Below, piece by piece: positions 54,400-64,000 of a stretch of 64,000 nt of DNA. Position 1 is the stretch's first letter; each line of letters opens with the position of its first letter. The position numbers and the translations under genes are program-made. The notes under the pieces are model-generated. The model was not told the origin of the DNA. It saw only the letters and a list, made by a program, of their open reading frames with translations, and searched no databases. Origin of the DNA: Macrostomum lignano (Eukaryota); assembly GCA_002269645.1 (NCBI GenBank), contig NIVC01000190.1, positions 124,001-188,000 of the forward strand, read 5' to 3'.

Positions 54400-57300
54400 C
54401 AAAACCGCTGTGTTTAACCATTACTTTGTCGTAGAGGAGCTGATGAAGGGAGGCGTTGGGGCGGACCTTTTGGAGGGGCGGAGCTGATGGGGGGCGGTAG
54501 CGGCGGAGCTTTTGAAGAGGCGGAGCTGATGGGGGGCGGTAGGGCGGAGCTGATGGGAGTCGGTAGGGGTGGAGCTGATGGGGGGCGGTAGGGGCGGAGC
54601 TGATGGGGGGCGGTAGGGGTGGAGCTGATGGGAGTCGGTAGGGTCGGAGCTGATGGGGGCGGTAGGGGCGGAGCTGATGGGGGCGGTAGGGGTGGAGCTG
54701 ATGGGAGTCGGTAGGGTCGGAGCTGATGGGGGGCGGTAGGGGTGGAGCTGATGGGAGTCGGTAGGGTCGGAGCTGATGGGGGGCGGTAGGGGTGGAGCTG
54801 ATGGGAGTCGGTAGGGTCGGAGCTGATGGGGGGCGGTAGGGGCGGAGCTGATGGGGGGCGGTAGGGGCGGAGATGATGGGGGCGGTGGTAAGGGCGGACC
54901 TGTTGGAGGGGGGCGGTACGGGCGGACCTGTTGGAGGGGGGGCGATAGGGGTGGAGCTGATGAAGGGGGGACGGTAGGGGCGGAGCTGTTGGAGGGGTTG
55001 AAGTCATAGTCGAATAGAAGGGACACTGCTGGGACTAAGATCGCATTGGCCATGCAGGGACAGAGAGGACTTTTGCAGGGAGTTCTTGCGCTGGCGAGCC
55101 TCATACACTACTAAATGTACTACTTCATTACCAAATTTCCAGAAGTACATGTATAAGTGCACGTAACTGCACACGTTTGGCACTAAATGTGTTAACACGT
55201 CGACAGATAGCGATGATCGCAATAAGTGAAAAATTCATCTCGCTTGGAGGGTGGAACTTTTGACTGTTGCTGAGTATGTTGTTACATACATGTACAGTTT
55301 TGCGGCCAGGGGCGATTGTCGCACACGTCAAGGGACACTCGTACATGTATCCAATGCCATCGAATGGCTCAGAACTTTCGTAGTGCCCTCATACATCTGG
55401 ACAAGGATCCATGCCCGAATGACCAGCTACATGTATTCCCTGCACACCGGAGGCGCCGTGGAAACAAGGCGGCCCAATCAGCTACTCAGCCCAATTTAAA
55501 AGCTGTGTTTGCAGCTCCCGTGAGATAGCAGCTGCATTATAGAGAAAATGATGGGGCTGCCGCCAGTAGTCAGGAATTAAAATTAACGCCACTCTCCATG
55601 GCATTTCGGCTCTCCATGCATTAACGGTGAGAGCAAATGAACGTCGTTTTTGAATGATTTTGAGCGTACTTCTTTTTCATGCTCAATTTCAGTATCAGTT
55701 TAGTTTCAATTTAAAACACTTGCCTCGTTTTGAGGCCTGTTAACCAGTTCCAAGGTCTACTACTTATCTCAATGTAAATGCAAATTCTCAGGCTTTATTT
55801 TTAGTGTGTTTTAGGCATATTTAGACGGCCACTCCGACATGGTACATGTAATTGGATTGAGCCTTGAAAGTACTCAGCAACATTATACATAAAGTGGCGC
55901 ACAATGAATTAAGACCACCTAACACAAATTCGAACTTTTAGTTTCATAACCTTCACAGATTGCGGAAGCATTTAATCTAATCAGTTATAGATAACCGTGG
56001 TATCAATCAGTCAAATTATAGTTATGTGTTGTGTAATTACTCACAATTGAGTCTGTTTAATTGAAGTCCTTATCTCACAATCGAATTTGATAAGTCACAC
56101 AGTAATAAGATCACTTAATTAGTTGGGCTAAAAGGTGCTACAACAGTGGCCCTGCTGATTCCAAAGTCCAAAACATCCAAGTCCAAGTCCAAAACATCAA
56201 ATTCAATACAACTCCAAGCAAAAATGATCTCGAACTCTCCTAGAATGGGAAAGGCAAAGCTCTATCGCCTGAATCGTGTAGGGAAATCAGGGCCCTGTTC
56301 GACCAAGGAGTTTCCCAGCGTGCCAAAGTCACGTACGCAGAAAACGTGCGTCCAGCAAGCACTCAGGCGCCACAGCAGCACTGGCAAAACAGGCTGTGCC
56401 TCAAGACCTGGCAGGGCACCGAAAACTGACCACCGACTGGATCGACGAATTGTGCGAATGCCCGAGTCCAACCGTCGGCTATACCGCAGTGGACATCAGC
56501 CGTGAACTTCAGGTGTCCAGTGGTGTCCAGCTGCACCCCATGACTGTCTGCCGCCGTCTGGTAGCTGCCGGACTGCATGGCCGCATTGCTAGGAAGAAGC
56601 CATTTATCTCCGACAAAAACCGGAAGCGGCGCTTGAACTGGGCGAAGCAACATGCAAGCTCTACACCCCAGGACTGGGGCCAAGGTCATCTGGAGTGATG
56701 AGAGCAAATTTTCCCGCACTGGTTCTGATGGTCGCCGGTATGTGCGCCACCGAGCTGGTGAGGAATTCGATTCCAGGTGCCCCGTTGGTTCCTTGAAGCA
56801 TGGAGATGGCAATGTCATGGTGTGGGCTGCATTCTCCAAAGCTGGACCTGGGCCAATAACTCGCATTGAGGGCATCATGGACAGAGGCTGTAGATGCGCT
56901 GCCATGCACTGAGTGCAGAGAACAGCTGCCAGTTTAAGCAGGACAACGATCCGAAGCACAACTCCAAGGCTGTGAAGACATGGCTTGCTGAGAACAACAT
57001 CCGCACCATGGACTGGCAATCCGATTGAGAATCTGTGCAACTGGGTCGAGCGGGACTGGGTTCATAACTTGACTGAATGACGATATAGCTGCATGTGGAT
57101 CTAATATCCCCACGATTACTAACCAAAGAAATAAAATGTCTAGCTTTTGATGAGATTGTGAGACTACATGTACATACAGTATACACATGTATAAACTATA
57201 CTAGACAAACAACTACACTACCAGCGTAGCTCGAATACACGTACACGTTGGTATACTTCAATCGGTCGAATAAATAGAAAAACCATCCTCCATCAACTCC

Positions 57301-57880
57301 GCCCCTTCGACCCCCCTCCATCAGCTCCGCCCCTACCACCCCCCTCCAACAGCTCCGCCCCTACCGTCCCCCCTTCATCAGCTCCACCCCTATCGCCCCC
57401 CCTCCAACAGGTCCGCCCCTACCGCCCCCTCCAATTACAGGTCCGCCCTTACCACCGCCCCCCATCAGCTCCGACCCTACCGACTCCCATCAGCTCCACC
57501 CCTACCGCCCCCATCAGCTCCGACCCTACCGACTCCCATCAGCTCCACCCCTACCGCCCCCATCAGCTCCGACCCTACCGACTCCCATCAGCTCCACCCC
57601 TACCGCCCCCATCAGCTCCGCCCCTACCGCCCCCATCAGCTCCGACCCTACCGACTCCCATCAGCTCCACCCCTACCGCCCCCATCAGCTCCGCCCTACC
57701 GCCCCCATCAGCTCCACCCCTACCGACTCCCATCAGCTCCGCCCTACCGCCCCCATCAGCTCCGCCTCTTCAAAAGCTCCGCCGCTACCGCCCCCATCAG
57801 CTCCGCCCCTCCAAAAGGTCCGCCCCAACGCCTCCCTTCATCAGCTCCTCTACGACAAAGTAATGGTTAAACACAGCGTG
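54400..57880. mobile_element. Long-TIR (foldback-type) element, about 3.5 kb; TIRs about 54406-54996 and 57340-57878
   Basis: CGCTGTGTTTAACCATTACTTTGTCGTAGAGGAGCTGATGAAGGG... and its reverse complement; TIRs contain about 21-bp G-rich subrepeats; right end ...CAGCGTG; candidate 5-bp TSD CAACT/CAGCT. Confidence 0.85.
56210..57030 (+). pseudogene. Tc1-like transposase relic with multiple frameshifts
   Basis: PGRAPKTDHRLDRRIVR, TVCRRLVAAGLHGRIARKKPFIS..NRKRRLNWAK, VIWSDESKF, LKHGDGNVMVWAAFS, FKQDNDPKHNS motifs in shifting frames. Confidence 0.9.
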
Positions 57881-58924
57881 CAGCTCTAAGACAGCGAATA
57901 TACAGTTATCAACAAATCATTCTCTAGGAAACTTGATCGACACAAATAATTGGCACCAGTATGGCTTTCGACTATGTAAACGAGACTTGCGCCAATTCAA
58001 ATAGGACGCCATACGAGATCTTTGCGAGTATTGCAAGACAACAGTGGCAGAAAAAGACTAGAGTGGGAAGTGAGTTGCTTGCTTCCTATTCAGGTTAGTA
58101 TTTTGCGTTGGTCTAACTTAAGCCTGGGGCACAGACTGCGGTCAGGGAAAGAGCAGGGAAAGTGGAAGTAGGAAAAGTGACTCCAATTTTATTTACGTAC
58201 CAAGATTTCCTTGGTTCTATCCGCGATCCGAAGATCAAATATACCAAGTCTGCGGAGCTCAGTCTGCTTTCCATATACTCGTACCTTTGCTTGAGGAGCA
58301 TTTGGATCAGTGAGGAGTCTGGCTAAAGTCTCGTTTCGATTGCCAAAAGCGATACAGTACATGTATTACATTACAATGTATTTCAAGCGATTAAAATGAT
58401 CATTGCGCTATAAGTTGCATACAGATTCATATTGGGGCCACACAATGTGACATTATTGGCACAATGTTACGTCAATAAATGCAGAAGTATAGTATATAGT
58501 TGTAATACAGAAAAGCGACAATAGTTAGATAATGACATTGGAAATTGAATTTCGCGATAGTATTACACCAACGCCACACGGCATTAACGCCGAACGAAAA
58601 TGCACGGACTTGAAAGTAAACGATTTGCTTGGTTGCGTCGGAATTAAATCAGTAAATCAGTAAGAAGCATACGCTTTTTAAATTGCGAGTACCCGGTATG
58701 CACCATCACAGTTCGCAGCTGGGCAAATTATTCTGAAGAGAAGAAGAATTACGATTTTATTAGCAGAGCTACGAGAAGGGGAGCCGCCGGGGGAGGAGGG
58801 GTAAGGGAAAGAGGAGGGTATAAAAGGCTATTTAAAAACACTGTAGCAGACGGGTTATGCATGACACAGTAAGTAAAACAGAGAGGAGGGAAGAGCGTAA
58901 CGAAGGCATAACCAAGGAGAGTAG

Positions 58925-60065
58925 AGGGTGGGCGCTGGAGTGGAGGAGAGGGAGGGCGCTGGAGTGGAGGAGAGGGAGGGCGCTGGAGTGGAGGAGAGGG
59001 AGGGCGCTGGAGTGGAGAGGGAGGGCGCTGGAGTGGAGAGGGAGGGCGCTGGAGTGGAGGAGAGGGAGGGCGCTGGAGTGGAGGAGAGGGAGGGCGCTGG
59101 AGTGGAGGAGAGGGAGGGCGCTGGAGTGGAGGAGAGGGAGGGCGCTGGAGTGGAGGAGAGGGAGGGCGCTAGAGTGGAGGAGAGGGAGGGCGCTGGAGTG
59201 GAGGAGAGGGAGGGCGCTGGAGTGGAGAGGGAGGGCGCTGGAGTGGAGGAGAGGGAGGGCGCTGGGTGGAGGAGAGGGAGGGCGCTGGAGTGGAGGAGAG
59301 GGAGGGCGCTGGAGTGGAGGAGAGGGAGGGCGCTGGAGTGGAGGAGAGGGAGGGCGCTGGAGTGGAGAGGGAGGGCGCTGGAGTGGAGGAGAGGGAGGGC
59401 GCTGGGGTGGAGGAGAGGGAGGGCGCTGGAGTGGAGGAGAGGGAGGGCGCTGGAGTGGAGGAGAGGGAGGGCGCTGGAGTGGAGAGGGAGGGCGCTGGAG
59501 TGGAGGAGAGGGAGGGCGCTGGGGTGGAGGAGAGGTAGGGCGCTGGAGTGGAGGAGAGGGAGGGCGCTGGAGTGGAGGAGAGGGAGGGCGCTGGAGTGGA
59601 GGAGAGGGAGGGCGCTGGAGTGGAGGAGAGGGAGGGCGCTGGAGTGGAGGAGAGGGAGGGCGCTGGAGTGGAGGAGAGGGAGGGCGCTGGAGTGGCGGAG
59701 AGGGAGGGCGCTGGAGTGGAGGAGAGGGAGGGCGCTGGAGTGGAGGAGAGGGAGGGCGCTGAAGTGGAGGAGAGGGAGGGCGCTGGAGTGGAGGAGAGGG
59801 AGGGCGCTGGAGTGGAGGAGAGGGAGGGCGCTGGAGTGGAGGAGAGGGAGGGCGCTGGAGTGGAGGAGAGGGAGGGCGCTGGAGTGGAGGAGAGGGAGGG
59901 CGCTGGAGTGGAGGAGAGGGAGGGCGCTGGAGTGGAGGAGAGGGAGGGCGCTGGAGTGGAGAGGGAGGGCGCTGGAGTGGAGGAGAGGGAGGGCGCTGGG
60001 GTGGAGGAGAGGGAGGGCGCTGGAGTGGAGGAGAGGGAGGGCGCTGGAGTGGAGGAGAGGGTGGG
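58925..60065. repeat. 24-bp purine/G-rich minisatellite (GGAGTGGAGGAGAGGGAGGGCGCT)
   Basis: Seen directly. Confidence 0.96.
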
Positions 60066-60199
60066 GGCTGATGGGAGAAGAGGGTGGGCGATGGAGGGGA
60101 GTAGAGGATGGGGGCTGGAAAGTAAAGGAAGAGAGGGTAGGGGCTAGAGAGGGGGAGGCGCTGGAGGTGGAAAGAGGGGATAGTAGAGGCTGGATAGCG

Positions 60200-60880
60200 C
60201 GGATAGTATAACGCGGGAAGGAGAAGTATAGGAAAAGCAGGAGGGTATGGAGAGTATAGGGAGGGCATGGAGGGTATAGGGATGGTATGGAGGGTATATG
60301 GAGGGTATGAATGGGTATAGAAGGGTATGGAGAGTATAGGGAGAGTATGGAGGGTATATGGAGGGTATGAATGGGTATAGAAGGGTATGGAGGGCATAAG
60401 GGGTACAAGGACGATATGGAAGGTAAAGGGAGGGCATGAAGAGTATACGGAGGGCATAAGGGGTACAGGGAGGGTATGGAGGGTATAGAAAGGGTATAAA
60501 TGGGTATAGGAATGGTATGGAGGGTATAGGGAGGGCATAAGGGATATAAGGAGGTATGGAGGGTGTAGAGAGGTATGGATGGATATAGGAAGAGTATAGA
60601 GAGATATGGATGGGTATAGGAAGGATATGGAGGGTATGGAGGTACAAGGAGGGTATATAGGGAGGGTATAAATGGGTATAGGGAGAGTATAGAGAGTATG
60701 GAGGGTATAGAGAGATATAGGGAGAGTATACAGAGTATAGGAAGGTATAGAGTGTACAGAGGGTATATAGAGAGCATTAGGGTATAGGGAAAGGGTATGG
60801 AGGATGTAGAGAAATAAAGATGGGTATATGAAGAGTATGGAAGGTACAGGGAGAATATAGGAAGGGTATAGAAGGTATAT
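60200..60880. repeat. Degenerate purine-rich repeat (GGAGGGTATAG-like)
   Basis: Seen directly. Confidence 0.85.
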
Positions 60881-62624
60881 AATTCTGCATCTAAAAAAAT
60901 TGTTTCTTGGGTAAAAAAACAAAGCAAATTAGCAAACCTATTAAAAAATAACTAGTCATTATTCACTTAAGCTATGTTAGCTATGGAAATTTTGCATTTA
61001 AAACTAAAACCTAAAATAGTCTAAAACCTATAGACTATTTTATCCCTAAGCCAATTTGGTCATAGATTATTTAAACAATTTTAATTACCAATCCAAGGCA
61101 ACAAATATTAATTAACAAAACTAGCATATAAACATAGATTTATATTATAAGTAACCATTAAATTTTATAATTTTTTAGAACTATAATATGAAAATGGTTA
61201 AATAACATAATCTTACCTAATGCTATATAAATATATAGATATATCATAATTAAATAATAATATAACCTTGTATAGGCCTAGCTATACTAGGCCTAGACTT
61301 TGATAAAATAAATGTTTGCAGGAAAGAAAAGTCTAGATACAAAATATCTATGATTATGGCCACAATAATTTTGGGACTAAATGAGAATATAGTCAAAACA
61401 TTCTTATTTTATAAATGTAGGCCTGGCCTAATGGACTTTTTTATGCTAGAAATTAACCATTTAATTTTTGTTTGGTTTTAAAAAATAAAATGCTTTGATA
61501 TTAAAAGCTTATTATTATCCCCATGCTCCATGCATTAAAACTTGATTTATTTGGTAGGCCTATATTTAATGATCAATGTGCTTCCCAACCCCATCAAGTT
61601 TGATTTTAATTTTTCTAGGCCTAGGCCCCTATGCCAATTGTTAAATAGGTTGTAAATTAGGCCTATCAAATAAAAAATCAAAGTACCTTAGTAATCTGCA
61701 ATCACCCCATTCCAAATTTTCTAGATCCCAATCTGAAATGAAACCAATAGAATAGGTCTAGTCTAGTCTAGTCAGTGTGGCAGAACCAGGTAGTAGGCCT
61801 AACGATGATGATATGATATATTTTAATGATATTCTGACAATCCATCTATCTAGGCTAGGCCCCTAAGTCATATCTAATATCCATATCTGTATTTTAGGGA
61901 TCGCAGTCGCAGTCAGCTTAAACAAGCCTGCTGCTGGCACTTTTACTCAAAATTAAGCATATTCAAAATTGATGATGTATCGAAAGTTGCTTTAGGAATA
62001 ACTAACTCTGTACAGTGAAATGTATGTAACTCCCGTTTTTTTTATAAACGAATAGAAAGCAATACTATTCAGTTGTGATTAGGCTACAATATTGAATTTT
62101 GACGGTACTAGTTTGTTTGTCATTGTGCAGGCAATATGTACGAGTATCCAGCATGCAGTAAAGGCAACCAGCATGCAGGATATGCATGTTTATCGTACCT
62201 AAAATTGTGCTGAATTCGCGTATAAACTGCTGACACGGGTGACCATTTCGGCGAAAAATTTATTCCAAGCTTTGTTGAAGAGTTTTTTGTTTTAGAAGAA
62301 AGTTAAAAAGAAAAACGACGAACTTTAAAAAGACTAATTTTATCGTGACATGTTTTTGTTTTGTCGCAGTTAATTTAGTTGTTTTATTAGATGCCTTATT
62401 AGATGGTGGAATTTCAAAGTACGATTTTAGGAGCCTTTGAATTATTATAATCTGAAAACCACACCGTCATCATCCCTAATCTATCGACTGCATATCGATA
62501 GATCGCATGTACATAACATAGCTACGAGCTGAGTCATGAGTTTTTAAATTTTCTAACTGCAAATAATTTGCAGCAATGAACAATTTATTAAAAGCTTCAA
62601 TCACCAAAGTGGTATATTTGCAAT

Positions 62625-63580
62625 GGCAGTGCTTATCCCCACGGTACCGTAGGAATAATTTCTGTCTTATTCCAATGGTACCGTGGGGATAATTTTCTGC
62701 TTATTCGCACGGCACACTGACGGGATGGCTGCCCCATCTTCTACATATGCCGTGGGTTCATAATTTAGTTTAGTACTTACGGTTTGAGTGCAGTATAGCA
62801 ACATAACTTTGCTTGGCCATTATTTTTATAGAAGTAAAGATTTAATGGCCTTTTTACACAAAAAAACACTTTTTTGTATTTATGACGTATGATTTAAGAT
62901 GAACTGCTCTAGTAATTGTTTACAATTTAAGAACTTTTAGCAACTAGTCTAATCCCGACATCCCCGAAAAGTCCATTGCCGCTGCTTCTGTAGACTTCTT
63001 ACTAGACATGTAAATTCTCAATTTTTTTGTATAGATTATTGCATTGGTTCCTGGACACTTCGTCATCTTACCACTTCGTCATCCACTTATATTTCTAGAC
63101 ACTTCATCATCTTACCACTTCGTCATCTATGATACTATTGTGGACACATCGTCATCTACTCCCTAGACACTTCGTCATCCACTTTGTCTAAAAAACTTAT
63201 TGAATAGCTATATGTAACTTCGTCAGCTAAGTTGGATCGAGTAGTCATAAATATAGGTGGCTACACTGAGGATTAAAAAACTAACTGATTAACTGACTGA
63301 TAAGTGATAATTAATAAGGATTAATTACGACAGGGTAAGAGCTGGAGAAGGGAAGAGATCGCGATCGCAATCAGTACTTGAAAATTGAATTCTACTACAA
63401 TTGCTTGTAGAATTACAATTCACCTGTGCAGATAAGCAGAAAATTATTCCCACGGCATATGTAGAGGATGGGGCAGCTGTCTCGTCGGTGTGCTGTGCGG
63501 ATAAGCAGAAAATTATCCCCACGGTACTGTTGGAATAAAACAGAAATTATTCCTACGGTACCGTGGGGATAAGCACTGCC
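62625..63580. mobile_element. MITE with about 130-bp TIRs, 5'-GG termini and AT flanks (ISL2EU-like)
   Basis: GGCAGTGCTTATCCCCACGGTACCGTAGGAATAATTTCTG... and its reverse complement; AT on both sides; internal CACTTCGTCATC repeats at 63055-63185. Confidence 0.8.
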
Positions 63581-64000
63581 ATACGTAGCCCATCTTTTCG
63601 CCAAACTGGTCACTTTCTTTCGCCGAAATGTACATCTATTAAAACCTAAAATTCACTTTCGCTAAGGCGTCTTTCGCCAAAAATTTCTTATTTTTAGGCT
63701 TGTTAAGTTGGTTGGCCTTGGCTTAGGCTTAGCTAGCTAGATTAGGTCTAGGCCTAGCTAGGCCTAGCCTTAGTTAGCAAGCAATACTTTTTTAAACTGT
63801 AGAAATATAGAAAATTAGAAATAAAAAAAGATTTTTTTACCAAAATAGGGGATTTTTTTAACACTGCCTGTCCTTATCAATTGCCTCATAAATCTGTCAA
63901 TTTGTTCCTGTCATTCTGTCTTCCGTCATACTGTCAATTCTGTCAAGATCCAACTCTATAAAGTTTTTTTCCTAGAAAAATGCGCTGTTAAAAATGCTTT

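Noticed and set aside
54414-55104. Proline-rich extensin-like ORFs
   Set aside because: They derive from the G-rich subrepeats of a TIR arm mirrored at 57340-57878.
58832-60927. 696-aa and 690-aa Pro/Ser-rich ORFs and their antisense ORFs
   Set aside because: They are translations of a 24-bp minisatellite and low-complexity purine tract, open in several frames on both strands.

Overview
Repeat-rich metazoan genomic DNA with spliceosomal introns, most likely a free-living flatworm of the Macrostomum type. That assignment is inferred from the intron-filling micro/minisatellites, GC-rich exons and gene content; no search was run. Hand-splicing gives eight protein-coding genes with phase-consistent exon chains: a partial class B (PDF-receptor-like) GPCR, a C-type-lectin/sushi membrane protein, an EGF/TSP1 membrane protein, a tandem MATH-domain protein, BOLA3, an intronless PAN/C-type lectin nested in the BOLA3 intron, FERRY3/C12orf4 and NEDD1. 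Mobile DNA: two tRNA-derived SINE families, a nearly intact mariner, Tc1 and Gypsy relics, several MITEs, and two multi-kb elements with long inverted terminal repeats. Most long ORFs in the track are translations of tandem repeats. Best leads: (1) a long-TIR element with a 6-bp TSD and ACTACT termini (Polinton-like hallmarks, but 5'-AC ends), inserted in a SINE and itself carrying a mariner; (2) an intronic 28-bp array built of donor-branchpoint-acceptor plus a frame-preserving 15-nt micro-exon; (3) a NEDD1-FERRY3(-BOLA3) same-strand cluster where FERRY3 may get its start AUG from the spliced leader; (4) a Transib-like long-TIR element. None of these is proven to be an undescribed system.
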